Source of the DNA: Vicugna vicugna
Lineage: Eukaryota
DNA: 64,000 nt
Direction: 5' to 3'
Assembly: GCA_013265495.1 (NCBI GenBank)
Contig: MU058418.1
Span: forward strand, 2,196,917 to 2,260,916
Shown here: one piece after another, positions 29,984 to 43,858 of the stretch
Layout: every line of letters begins with the position of its first letter
Numbering within the stretch: the first letter of the stretch is position 1
Program-made: the position numbers and the translations under genes
Notes under the pieces: model-generated
What the model was told of the DNA's origin: nothing
Database searches by the model: none
What the model saw: only the letters and a program-made list of their open reading frames with translations

Positions 29984-30567
29984 TGCACCTTCTTTTAAAT
30001 AATGAAAATAAAACTTCAATGCCATTATATAGTGCTTAGAACATATCCCCATGCATTCATTAGCACATGGAGAAAAAATGTAGGAAAGAAAATAATAAGG
30101 AAGTCTGCAAAACAACCAAAGGAATGTAAGAAAGCTCCATGAAGGAAAGCTGGAGGAGGTAGAGCATCCAAATGTTGAGGGGAGAAGGATGAGGCTTGGA
30201 AGATCTTATTAGAAAGTTGCCCTGCAGTTATTACTCATGTCTGTAGAGACCAAACAGGACATGGGCTTAAATTAAAGCAAGAGAGGTTTTGGTTGCACAT
30301 GGGTGACAAAATGCTGGAGTGTGGGGCTGGAGCAAGTTGAGATGCTCCTTCCCTGGTCTCCCTCTGAAGAGAGCACAGATAGCATTCCATCTCTGTAATT
30401 TGCATATTCACTTACCTGAAAGAATGAGAGTAAGTAGAATCAGCTGATTATTCAGGGGCCTTCAGCTCTATTACTTTGATTCTTAATAAAGAGCTAGTAC
30501 CAGGAATGAATATAGATTATGCTATTAAAATTGCTTTTAAATTAAACCATGTATGTTTTAAACACAG

Positions 30568-30613
30568 GTGGAATGAACTTGGAGGGTATGTGATTCCCAC
30601 TGGTCGCCTGCAG
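30568..30613 (+). CDS. FIG4: FIG4 exon 13, 46 nt
   Basis: aacacag|G...CAG|gtatgg; WNELGGYVIPTGRLQ. Confidence 0.94.
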
Positions 30614-31281
30614 GTATGGATGACATTGTATTAATAATGAATAGACTCTGTATTCACAGTGTATGATGTTTTCTGAAAGCAGCCATGGAGAAAGACACTT
30701 CTTATTGAATGCAAAATTATTAATCATTTGAGAATGAATTTTAAAGCTGCTAGTGTTTAACTCTTGCAAAGGATGTGCACCTAAAATAATGACCCCTGGA
30801 TTTTTTTTCTGTGTAGTATAAGTTTTATTATTGGAAATAGAAATATAAACAGAAGTGTGAAAATAATAAATTAGAATGACTTTGGAAAATTAGTCAAATA
30901 TAATCACTATACATATTAATTATACTTTAAGGATGATACGGCCTCAAGCACTGAATATTTGGTTTGTACAGTAAAGGAGATAGATGGGGGGAGCACATAT
31001 TTTACTAATTGGTACATGTGGAAAATATTAGCTATTTGTTTTATATTGTTAAACTACAGAAGAAAATTCAAATACAGACAAGGAGGTGTAATGATACTGC
31101 TGTAGCAATAGTAAGTGAACAGCAAATATAACTGTTCATAATTAAAAAAAAATTCCTCTTTATTTGTTCAGGAGTAATACTCTGCCTACAGCTTTTCTTA
31201 TAGTTAAAGAAATCTAAAGTAGGATGGAAGCAGTTTTGGTGACTGAATAACGATTGATAGTCTTAAGGTTTTTCTCTTTAG

Positions 31282-31431
<150 letters not shown>

Positions 31432-32368
31432 TAAGCCTTATTTCCTGCCTTTCAAATGCCGATAATGACAGAAAGCAAATCTGATTAATAATAAGGACGT
31501 TCAGGAACTTGTTTCTCCTTTTAGCTTCTCAAAAATTATGTTGTAAAAGACATTATTGAAATTAATTCTGTGATGTTTTCCATTAAAGTCTAGTGTGTTG
31601 TTACCATGATTTTTGTTTTCCTATTCATGTTCATTATTAATAAACACTATGTTCTTGAGATAAATCCAAAGTGCTTTAGGTAAATCCAAACTAGTGGGTT
31701 TAAAAAAAAAAAAAACAAATCCAGACTACATCAGGAAAAAAAAGGTAATGTGCCTTTGTATATTTTGAATTAAACATGTAAGACAGGTAAGAGATTGATT
31801 CTTCAGTAGGGATTACTGTTCCTTCACTGTCCTTTGGGTCCATGACATTGCGTGAAGTACTGTTTCTTGAAAATGCAATGATAGCTGTTCCTGGTCATCT
31901 GAGACAGTCATAAAGACTCTGTCAAGGAAAGTGATCAGCTTACGAGGGGCCAGATCTGCAGATATCATTGCCCTGAAAATCTTCTCATGCACTTGAAGAA
32001 ACACAAGTTTCCAACCTGTGTTCCTAGGAAAGAACCTGATTTGTCTGTGACAAGAGCATGTCCTTTTTTCCAGAGACAACTCAGAACAAAATTCGGTTGT
32101 GGGAGATAAACTGATCAGGCCGCCTGCAGAAAGTTAGGAGTCTTTTAATAGAGTTAGAACTCCCTTGGTCTGGCTTTGATGGGTAATGTGTTTGGTGCCC
32201 CTGCTGCTTTCTTAGTGTTTTCCATGACTTTGTTCCTTATTAGACAATTACTATAAAATATATTTTGTATATGCGTTTATTTTCAAGATATTGAAGAGTC
32301 TGCTTGAAAAGAAAGGTGCAGAGGAAATCATAAAATAAAAGACTCATTTTGAGTCTGTGGCTAAGTGA

Positions 32369-32677
<309 letters not shown>

Positions 32678-32934
32678 TAACTGGATTAGTAAAATCAAAA
32701 TTAAATATTTTAAAAGCTTAAGTAGAATCTGTCACTTAGGAGGTGTTCAGTAAATGAATGAATAAGCTTTATATTTTAAATAGGGCATTTTGGCCACCCA
32801 TAAATGGGGCTTTTACATAATTCAAACTATGATTCCTTGGCTTCTGCCTCCTTCTGTATTTTTGCTTGTAATACATAGATAAGTTTTTTTTGAGAGTATT
32901 GAATGATTATTTTTGTTTTATTTTTAACTGTGTA

Positions 32935-33067
32935 ATTTTTAATTTATTTATTTTTGGGGGGGTAATTAGGTTTACTTATTTTTTTTCAGAGGAGGTACTG
33001 GGGATTGAACCCAGGTCCTTGTGTATGATAAGCATGTGCTCTACCACTTGAGCTACACTGTCTCCCC
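32935..33067 (-). mobile_element. tRNA-derived SINE (camelid Vic-1-like)
   Basis: Reverse complement shows an A box (TAGCTCAAGTGG), a B box (GGTTCAATCCC) and an A-rich tail; homologous to the copies at 37771 and 62779. Confidence 0.85.
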
Positions 33068-33921
33068 AAGTAATCATTTTTAACTTGGGTTCATAGTCTT
33101 GACAATTGTCTAAGAATGTAAATATCAGTGATTCTTTTAAATGTCAGCTAGAAATGATAGTAACATTATCACTGAATTGTACTGTTTTCTCATCTTATGG
33201 CTTGAGATTACTAAAAGTAACAGGTGGTTAAAATGGCAATGGGATTTCTGACACAACAGATGTCACAGGCCATAGTGATGGGGAGACAGATCCCATGCAC
33301 AGAACTTACAAAGAAAGTGCTCAGACTTACTCCATGAGTCTTGGCCTTTTGAATCAGATCAAGGGTAAAAACATGAATAGAATATGGAAAGGAGAGATTG
33401 GTAAAGAGATTTCTCGGCATGAACTGTTGCCACGTGCCTACTCCTTCACCTCACACCTAGAGAGGACTAGGACTCTGGGCAAGCTTAATGTAGTGTTCTG
33501 TTGTTGGCGGGACCCCATGGAGCTGTTGGCTTTGGACTGCTGTGTGGCAAAGCTGACGCAGAGGGACGGGCTGAGGAGAGGGCTGCCATGATGGGGGTGG
33601 CCTACCCTCCTAGAACTGGTTAGGCCAAAGGATCCTTGTTTACAGGTGACCAGAGGCAGGCCTCATGGGGGAGAGTGCTGGCATGGCATTGACCTAGGTC
33701 CTTTGCAGCAGGAAGCAGAATTCACTGGATTCCTGAGAAACAAGTTGTAGGAAACTGCCTGGTGTGAGAAGATACATGTGCTTACACCAAGGGAACTGCA
33801 AGAGAGTCTCGTGTTGGGAACCTTGAAAGAATGCATGAAAACATCCACAAAAGAATTAGCTTTTCAACATTTTCCATGCCTAGAGAGAATGCAAAGGCAG
33901 TTGGCTCTACTAATGTTCAAG

Positions 33922-34892
33922 TATATTAATTTTCTGTGCTTTCTAACAAATTACTGAAAAGTTAGCAGCTTAGAACAACATATATTCATTATCTCATGAT
34001 TTCTGTAGGTCAGAATTTCAAGCACAGCTTAGCTGGATTCTCTGGATAGGGTCTCACAAAGCTGCAATCAAAATGTTATCAATGCTGTGGTCTCATGTGG
34101 AGGTCTGACTCAGGAAAGATCTGCTTCCCAGCTCATGCGTTTGTTAGTAGAATTCAATTCCTTGCAGTTCCTTGTGGACTTACACCTTTTGGGACTCGTG
34201 GCAGCTTGTCTTCATAGTCGGTGTAGGAAAGAGAATGTCTATCTAGAATGAGTCTGCTAGCAAGACAGAATCTTACGTAACATAGTGTAGTCATGGAAGT
34301 GACCTCCCATCTCTTTGCCTTACCCATTGCTCAGAAGCAAATCATTGGCCCCACCAACACATAGGGAAAGCTGTATCAGTTTCATAGGGCTGCTGTAACA
34401 AAATAGCACAAAGTAATTGACTTAAAACAATAGAAACTTGCTTTCTCACAGTTCTGGAGGCTAGAAGTTCAATATCAAGTTGTCAGCAGAGCCAGGTTCC
34501 CTCTGGAACCCACAGGGGAACATCCTGACTTGCTTCTTCCCAGCTTCTGGTAGTTTGCCGGCAGTCCTTGGTGTCCCTTGGCTTGCAGCTGCAGCACTTC
34601 AGTCTCTGCTTCCATTGTCACATGGCCTTCTTCCTTTGTATGTCTAGGTCTGTGTCAGACTTCCCTCTTCCTGTAAGGACACCAGTCATATTGGATTAGA
34701 GTCTACCCTAATTCAGTATGACATCATCTTAACTTGTTTATGTCTGCAAAGACCCTAACAAGATTACATTAATGAGTATTGGGTGTTAGGACTTCAATAT
34801 ATTTTTTTAGGGAGACACAGTTCATGCCGCAGCAGAAGATATTACAGTAATGTGTGAACACCGGGAGTGGGGAGCATGGGGGCCACTTTGGA
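33922..34892 (-). mobile_element. MLT1 LTR interrupted by a second MLT1 LTR (34372-34834)
   Basis: The outer element resumes after the inner one (ATTACAGTAATGTGTGAACACCGGGAG...TACCACA); the inner starts TGTATCAGTTTCATAGGGCTGCTGTAACAAA. Confidence 0.8.
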
Positions 34893-36024
34893 GTCTACCA
34901 CATCAAGTAGGACTGGGCTTATTTACACACTTTGGAGGGGTTGGAAGCCGGCTGGCAGTCTGGTGGGTGTGGAAGGGACAGGACAGACCTAGAGGCCCTG
35001 CGTGGTCTGACCCCGCCAACCTTGCCATCCAGCCGTTCACGCCATTCCTATCCCCCATCACTATGCTCCAGACACGGGGACCTTCTACAGTTTCCAGAAG
35101 TTGGGCTTCTTTTGCCACAGGCTCTTGCTCCACCCACTGGGGAGCATGACTGCAGTCCTCCCCCAGTTAACTCCTAGCCAGCCTGTGGAGCTCACTCTAC
35201 TTTTCACTCCCTTGAGGAACGTCCTGCATTGTTTGTTCTTAGAGCATTCTGTAGCTCTGTGGCATTTAGCAGACTTAAACCATTACCTGTGCCATGAGTT
35301 GTGTTCTGTGCCCACCCCACCCCCATGAGACCCGAGAGCTGCTTGAGCAGCTTGTGCACTGCAGTGGCCCTAATGCCTTGCTCATGGCACACAAAATATT
35401 CATGGAATGAATTAATAAATGCATGAGTTAAGTCATCACCTACAACCTCCCCTTTTCCCTGGATTAAAGAATTAATAGGAATAAGTATGTCAGCCTAATA
35501 GCATGTAGCCTCTCAGTAATGCTCTTAGGCTGCTCAGATCATGTCTTTTGAATTCACTGAGAATTATGCCCATTGAACTACTCCCAGTAAGCTCAATATG
35601 TAATGTGAACCACAGAGCCACCTCAGGCCTTCAGAGTATTTAGCTGTTCCTCTGTATGCATGAGTCCCTGAGCTGGATTTAGGAACTTAAAAATCAAAAT
35701 GTATTAATCTGCACAAAAATTAGGAGTTAGGAGAGTTAAATTTAGAAACTCAAGCCAGTAGCGTAAGTTTAAATTCTAGATTTCTAAAGCAAAAATATTA
35801 AAGTGTTCCCATTGTCCTTTATTACACCTACTGCTGTGGTTCCCAGTGAAGATGTTAGTATGTATTGACGTGGGCCAGTTGGCTACAACACATATTGCAA
35901 ATAATTGATTATTATCAATAGCTAAAAACAATAAAAAATAACACATGGTTTCACTTGTTTTTACAAATTAGAACTGCTTTGAGATTCTCTCTAGAGGTGT
36001 TCTCACTGGCTGTGCTTCATTGTT

Positions 36025-36502
36025 GGGCTAGATTCCTAGGGCTTCTGTAACAAGGTACCACAGGCTGAGTAGCTTAAAACAACAGAAATGTATTGTTTCA
36101 TGGTTCTAGAGGCCAGAAGTCGGAAGTCGGGTGTCTGCAGGGCCGTGCACCCTCTGAAGGCTCCAGGGGAGGAACCTTACTTGCCTCTTAGCTTCTGGTG
36201 GTCTCCTGGGGATCCTTGGCTTCCAACTGCCACACTTTCATTTCTGCGTCTGGTGTCACGTGACATTCTCCCCTCCTGTCGTTGTGGCGTTCTCCAACCT
36301 GTGCGTATGTTTGTGTGTGTCTCTTTTTATAAGGACACCAGTCATATTGGATTAAGGCTCCCCAGCGCCCACTCCATTGTGACTGCATCCTAACTTGGTT
36401 GTATCTGCAAAGACTGGATTTCCTAATAAGGTCATACTGACAGGTCCTGGGGCTTAGGACTTCAATGTATCTTTTGGTGGGGACACAGTTCCACCTGTAA
36501 CA
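36025..36502 (-). mobile_element. MLT1B/C-type LTR
   Basis: TTCCTAGGGCTTCTGTAACAAGGTACCAC...TAAGGACACCAGTCATATTGGATTAAGG...GGGACACAGTTCCACCTGTAACA. Confidence 0.88.
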
Positions 36503-37770
36503 GCTGTGTAAGTCATGTGCCAACAAGTGCACGTCCCTCTGGGTATGTGTTACCGTGAAAGAGTTAAAACTGCCCTAATCGAAAGGGTCATCCACTCTTC
36601 TGCCCTTCTCCTGTCATGATTGTCCCGGAAAAGGGAGTCATTATGACACTTAAGAACCAAGAAATGTGTTTTTCAATAAGACTGGGGCACAAACCGTGAA
36701 TGTGTATTTGTCCAGAATTAAAAAAGAAACCATTAAAAGACAGAAGGTGATCATGAATAAGTAATGTGCACATAATGGAAAGATAAAGCAAAATTATGCA
36801 CAACCGAAAGAGGAACTATTGTGAAAGGAAATATTTAATGAATAATGTGGCTAAAATAGACTTCTTTATTTTGAGAAGCACGGTGTCATTGGGGTGTGCA
36901 ACTTATTTTTAAATTACAGTGGATATTATATAATGGTAATATATTAATAGAACCATTTTCTTTAAAGTACCCAAGATAACTTTGTAAAACTTAATCAGTT
37001 TCCTCATGTTATGCCTCTGCAGCAGGCAGGAAGGTACTTGAAATTAGGCTGTGAGGAATATTGCCCTCGCGGTTCACAGAGACAGATTGATGCTATGTGG
37101 GCGATTAACCTGACTCCCTTTCAGGTTCATTTTAAAAACTGTCCTTGAGGCTTCATGTATTACCATGTTCTGGAGTTTGTCTCCAAGAAGTGTCCTTTGG
37201 TCTCTAACATAACTGGCTACATAAACAGCCCCAGGATGCCAACAAGGCAAGACCAGGTACCTACATACTTGCCTTGGGTGTTTAAGAAGAACTTCATAGT
37301 TATAATTCCCTGAAGGACCTTGTTAAGCTCTTTCTAAATCTTTCCTTTTTTTTTTTTTTACACTTATATTTGTGTAAGCCTGAATTTTTTTCTGAGGGCC
37401 TGAATTTAAATTGGATTGTAAGGGAAAAAAACAGTAAGATATCTGCAGTAGTTAATAATAGCTCACCTGTACACATACACATACATACATATTATGCACA
37501 CATGTGTGAATGTGTGTGTATTCATTCTTTGGAGGGGAACCATATCCTTCTCAAACAGAGATTTAAAAAAAAGCTCACAGACTAAAGACTTTAAAGCTCA
37601 CCTTGCATGGAAAGCAACGATTATAGAAAATAGTGTCAAGATGGCATCGCCCAGCATTATGGTAGTGCTGTGAGGCAGTGGAGCAGTTTCCTTCCCTTTC
37701 TGTGCACCCCGAAAGAGGGACATGAAACAGTGTGTTGAGCACATTTTCATTTATTAAAATAGTGAGATGG

Positions 37771-37916
37771 GGGAGGGTATAGCTCTGTAGTAGAGTGCAT
37801 GCCTAGCATGCACAGAGTCCTGGGTTCAATCCCCAGTACCTTCATTAAAGATAAATAAATACATAAATAAACCTAATTACCCACCCCCACAAAACAAAAC
37901 AAAAAACAAACAAAAA
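37771..37916 (+). mobile_element. tRNA-derived SINE (camelid Vic-1-like) with 15-bp TSD
   Basis: TSD AAAATAGTGAGATGG at 37756-37770 and 37917-37931; Pol III A/B boxes; A-rich tail. Confidence 0.92.
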
Positions 37917-38199
37917 AAAATAGTGAGATGGACTTCTAAGGTCGTCCTTCTAAGAGCAGGTTCAAAGTGAATAAGCTATACTTGGCAATGGCAGAAAGCA
38001 AACAATTGCAAAAGGTTTTGTTTTAATAACATTTGAATCACTTTAATAAAACTCTGGCTAAAACCCAGCTATCCACCTGGTCTGCAACCAAAGCAGTTAA
38101 ACACGGCAGGAGAAAAAGCTGCAATTACTACTCTCAGTTTAAACTGACTGCAGTTCTCTGAAGGATACTCAGAATCCTGACGGTCCTGCTAAATCTCCC

Positions 38200-40505
38200 T
38201 AATACATTCATTCTCTCTCTCTCCAAAGTGACCATTCATACCTTGCCTCACTCCTTAAACCAGTCTCAGTGGGCTCCTTTGCTTCATACTTCATGGAGAA
38301 AGTAAGTCATTGGGGGTGAACTCTTCCTTCTGACTACCAAATGCAGAGCCTGTCCTTTTCGGCACCCATAGTTTCTACCTTATGTTATTACAGTGGTTGG
38401 AATAGCTCTACCCCATCTTGGGCCAACCACTCCACGGTGCCCTAGAATCCCACCCTTCCTGCTTTCCCCTGCAATTATATGCTCCTTGCTGTATATCGTC
38501 AGTTTTTCCCCTCTACTGCCTCATTTCCATTAGCATTTCCATCTAACCTTTCCTTCTGCTGTTAATCTCACACCCCCTTTAGCTGAAGTCCTATTTCTCT
38601 GTTCTCCTAAAGCAAGATCTCTTGAAAGAATTATCTGCATGTCTGTTTCCTCTCTCATATCCTGTTCTCTCCACCTATTTCCCTGGGCCTGCATACCACT
38701 GACACTGCGCTTGTCAATGTCACCGCCAATCTCCACGTGGCCCAATCCAGAGGTTCCTTTTCTTTCTTCATCTTACTCAGCCTTTCAGCAGTTTATGTCA
38801 CAGCTGAGCACTCTTCCCTGAAACTCAGCCTCTGTGCTGTCTCATTCAGTCTCCCTGTTGACTTCTGTCCTATTTCTAAACCCTCCTCTTCTCTTTCTAC
38901 ACTTTTCCCTTAGGGGCATCTCATCCAACTTTTAAGTACCATGCAGTTGACACTCATTTATATCTCTAACCTGGACTCCTGAACTCCAGACTTATTTATC
39001 TAAATGCCTACCTAGCCAGCATCTCCTCCTGAATATTGTATTAGTTTTCTACAAGTGCTGTAACAAATTATCACAAACTTAGTGGCTTGAAACAACAGCT
39101 GCTTATTATCTGATAATTTTTATGGTCAGAAGTCTGGGTACAGCATTACTCAGCTATGTTTTCTGCTTAGGGTCTCACCAGGCTGAAATGAAGTCAAGTG
39201 AAATCAAAATGAAGTCTGAAAGTGGGCTCTGATCGGAAGGTCTCCAGGCTCATTCAGGGTGTTGGCAGATTCCCATGCGGTTATAAGCACTGATGTCCCT
39301 GGGTCCTGCTGGCTGTTGGCTGGGGGTCAGTCTCAGTTTCTAGAGGCTTCTTGCCTTCCTTGACTTGCGGCCCACTCCATCTTTAAAGCCAGCGGTGGTG
39401 TGCCGGACCCTCTCTGCCTTCCTCTTCCACTTTTCTCTTCTGCCATTAAAAGATTCATGTAATTACAGTGGGCCCACCCAGATAAGACAGGATATTTAGT
39501 TCCCTATCTTGAAGTCAGTGATGAATAATTTCAATTACATCTGCAAAATTCCTTTTGCCATGTCATGTAAAATATTCAGGGGGTCCTAGGGAGGAATGGG
39601 GACAAGATTTCTTCCTTCCACAGATATCAAAGAAGAATCTGAAACTGACCACTTCTGAGACAGAAGCTTTTAACTCTGTCCCCAAACCTGTTTCTCCACT
39701 TGTTTTTTTTCTCCCTCAGCGCCCACTGTTCTGTTCCGAAACCTAGGAATCCTCCTTGATTTCTTTGTTTTCCTTATGATCCCCAGTCTCATCCCTCAGC
39801 AAATCTTATCGGCTCTGGCTCCGAAGTATATCCCAAATCCTTCTCATTTGTGTCCTTTCTGCTGCCATGCTCGTGCAGACGACTCGTGGCTCTTATCTGG
39901 ACAAGTGCAGCGGCTCCAGCCGCATCTCTCTGCCTCCCTCTTCTGCTCTTGCTCTTCACAGCAGCCAGAGTGATCTGTTTAAGACTTAGATCTTATCATC
40001 CCCCTCTCTAGAAACCCCTGCAGGGCCTCTCACTGCATGTGGAGTAAGAGTCTTTACTGGCCCCTACAGTCCTTGTGGAGTCCCTGGTACCGCTCTTTCC
40101 TTTATCCTCTGGCCTCTCTGGCCTTCTTGCTGTTCCTGGAGCTTCCCAGCTTGTTCCCCCTCCAGGCATTTTGTTTGTCTGTCCTGCTTGGGCACAGCCC
40201 TCAGAGCTCTGGGTGGCCACCTCCTTCTCATCCTTATAGTTCAAATGCTGCCTCCTCAGACACTCCTGTCACCACCCCTTCCCCGGACCAGCCAATCTAA
40301 GTGTCCTTTTCCTCTCTCGTCATTCTCATGTCACTCTTATTTTCTTCATGGAACTGACATCCTCTGAAAGTACCTTGTACATTATTTTCTTGTATATTAT
40401 GTTTGTTTCACACCATGGAATGTAAGCCCCATGAGCACCAAAATCAGTCTTGTATGTGACCGTACCCCAGTGTGGGACATGGTAAGTTCTTAGATGAACG
40501 AATGG
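38200..40505 (+). mobile_element. L2 LINE 3' region, split by an MLT1 LTR
   Basis: Pyrimidine-rich L2 motifs (CTCCTGAACTCCAGACTTATTTATCTAAATGCCTAC; GGAATGTAAGCCCCATGAG). Confidence 0.8.
39037..39622 (-). mobile_element. MLT1 LTR inserted in L2
   Basis: TGTATTAGTTTTCT...CCACA termini; near-TSD AATAT/GATAT. Confidence 0.85.
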
Positions 40506-41165
40506 ATGGTGTTTTTTTTTTTTCAGTTATGAAAGTAATATATGTTAATTATAGAAAGTATAGAACAACTCACAAATAAATCATATAATCCTCACCTTCC
40601 AGAGATAGCAACTTGTTCATATTTAGGAGTCCCTGATCATTCTAGTTTTACTATACAGGCAATGTATATTCTGCGTTTGTCCTTTCAGATAATGTGAGTA
40701 ATCTTAATGGCCTTAAATATTCTTTTACAACATGATTTTTAGTAGCCTTGTGGCAGTCTGTCCTTTAGAAGCACCGTGGTGTGGTTGTTTGTTATTAGCG
40801 TGCATTTAGGTTCCTTGTAAACACACATCTTTGAACATACAGCTTTTTTTTGCATACTTTTTATCTTTTCTTATGAAAATTCCAGAAGCATGTTTATTAG
40901 ATCAGAGTATAGATATTTTCAGGGCCTTTAAAAAAAAAATAGGGTTGTAGCGAAATTGCCTTACGAAAAGGCTATAGCAGTTAATTCTCCCTCACCAGAG
41001 TATAGGAGTGCCCATTTTGAAAAGTACCTGCCAGCTTAATAGGTAAAAAATGGTATATTGTTTTCAATTTGCATTTGTTTAATAACTGGTAAAGCTGAAT
41101 TTTTGTATGTTCATTGTCTATTTCTTTTTAAAATTGCATGTTTCTCTTTGTTCTTTGTCTTTCTT

Positions 41166-41424
41166 TTTATTTATTTATTATTATTTTTTAAATTCTATTT
41201 TATTGAGTTATAGTCAGTTTACAATGTTGTGTCAATTTCCAGTGTAGAGCACAATTTTTCAGTTATACATGAACACACATATATTCATTGTCGCATTTTT
41301 TCACCATGAGCTACCACAAGATCTTGCATATATTTCCCTGTGCTATACAGTATAATCTTGTTTATCTATTCTATATATACCTGTCAGTATCTACAAATTT
41401 CGAACTCCCAGCCTGTCCCTTCTG
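41166..41424 (-). mobile_element. Young L1 3' end (camelid-type) with 14-bp TSD, inside older L1ME-like DNA
   Basis: TSD TCTTTGTCTTTCTT at 41152-41165 and 41425-41438. Confidence 0.9.
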
Positions 41425-42916
41425 TCTTTGTCTTTCTTACATTTCATTCATATTTATTTCAACATACAGTATGAGGTATGGGTCTAATTTCATTGTCCAC
41501 TCCCCACCAATAGTTAAACAGTACTGTTTATTGAATAATATCCCTTTCCATCACTCATTTCAGAGGCCACCTTATCACGAAGTTAATATTCGATCAAATA
41601 TTCTAGTTTCAAAATGAATTTTTGGCTAATTAAAAAGAATTATTATGTTCGTGCCCGATCTGTTTAAATACAGTAGGTAATAAAACTGGTTAGTGTTTAA
41701 CTGTTTGGATGGAGTTTGAATGGTGCATATTCTTGTGTCCTTTGAAGCATGATTGAATACAGAAGTCGGTCGTCATTTTGTTATCCACAACTGCAGAGAA
41801 CCTACCTGTTTTAGGCTCTTGTCAGTATCCAAAGAACTGCTGTCGTCCTGAAGGTGGCGGCCTTATTCGCAATCAAAAGTGGCCAGGAACAGATCCTCAG
41901 GCTCATTAGGGCTGACTCGAGAGTCCAAGCTTAGTAGATGACCATGTATATTGTAGATATATTTTAAGTTATAATAACAGCAGTGCCTTCAAGATCTTTG
42001 TTATAATCCTTAGAAGAAATGTCCTTTATTTGGTTGTATTTCTCACATCTTACATTTTACCATACTTGCTAAAAATGAAAGGAAGCTACTATTATGTTTA
42101 ATAAAAGATAAAAGAAACTCTGTGAAAACATGGCTGAATAATGGAGAGCTTTTTTAGATAGGATTAAGATATTTTGAGGTACTACATGATATGAATTATG
42201 AAGTGCCATTAAGGCTATTCAAGAAGCATAAAGAATACAATTACTATAAAAGCAGTCTGTTTACTTTTGTATTGTGTTAAGAGGGTGCAAATTGGGGTAG
42301 TAATGTCTGCATCATTTAACACTTGATATTTTTTCTCAAAAAAATGGGAAAAAAAGACCCCAAATATATTCAGCATATAAATACATCCCTTTTATATATT
42401 ACTTTTAGCCTGAAAGGTTAAGGGGTGTTTTAATGGCGTGGTTCCTGTCAAAACATATATCCGGTATACATGTTTGATGTACCATATTTCACTTATTGCT
42501 TTTGCTGAAATGAGCAAATAGCCCATGAGAACATGTTGCTAATTTCAGGTTTTTCTGTGTTCACTTTAACTGTTGGAAGAAAATTGATTTTATGATGATA
42601 TTATCTTGTCTCAAAAGCAGTCATTTCTATTGTGCTCTTTTTTTAGTTCTGTGCTTATTTTCAGAAAGAGGTTATTATTTATTTGGTGGATGTCTGCCCC
42701 AAACTTGAATATATGAGGGCTTGGAGACAAGAATGGAAAGAGGAAATGAGGGGAAAGAATGAAGGATGCAAGGGAGGTGACAGTGCAGAAGGGGGGATGG
42801 CGCGTGAGGTCACTTCAGTGCTTATCATCACTTCTACCAAAATAAGAAAAAAAGAGGAGCTACAGTGGGTGTATATGTATATACATATATACATATGTGT
42901 TTATATATATATACAC

Positions 42917-43009
42917 ATAAAACAGACCATATATATTTCATATATATATACACATGTATAGTGTATATGTGTGTATATATATATATGAAATATATATGGT
43001 CTGTTTTAT
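42917..43009. repeat. Perfect inverted repeat (34-bp arms) in an (AT)n-rich microsatellite
   Basis: 42917-42950 is the exact reverse complement of 42976-43009. Confidence 0.95.
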
Positions 43010-43684
43010 TAGTTTGCAGTGTATTTTGAAAAGGTAATTGTGGGGTGTTTGAATGGTTAGAATGAGGCTGTTTTCCATGTGCTCATTCTGCCTTCATTAT
43101 CAAATATAAAAGGGAATGGCTAGACCCACAGCTGAGGGGGGCTGAAAATGTAAACATGGTCTCTGCTGAAGAAATGGAGAATATCTTTTCACTGATTAAA
43201 AGTAGAAACTTGAAAACTGACTTGTTCAAGGTGGTGCAACAGAATATGGGTAGGAATTGGGTCATTTTATTTGTCTCTGACATCTCTGCTTGTCTTTGCA
43301 ATAAAGTGAAGATGTTTTGTTTCAGGTGAACTAACATATGGTGAGAATATGTCTTTATTCTTAAAATAAAATCAGTAAGACATTATGGAAGCTCTTAAAG
43401 ATTTTTAAGAATCTCTCAAATTCAAGAAGCAGTTTATGTTCACTCTCTTCCTTATAATGAGAGATATTAAGTAAAAGGAAATATTTTGAAGCAAAGTTTT
43501 AATTCTCAAAATCTTGGTGGCTGTTTTAGATTTTGCATGCATGTATGACTTTTTTTTCCATGTATGACTTTTGAAGTATAAATGCTATTATTTTCAGAGG
43601 TATATTCCATGAAATCACAGTTGTACCCTTATCCTCCTAAGAAAACATTCCCTGAGTTGTATATGTCAGTAACGGATTTCCTAA

Positions 43685-43858
<174 letters not shown>

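Noticed and set aside
37771..37845. tRNA-Ala-like sequence
   Set aside because: It is the head of a SINE with tail and TSD, present in three diverged copies; not a tRNA gene
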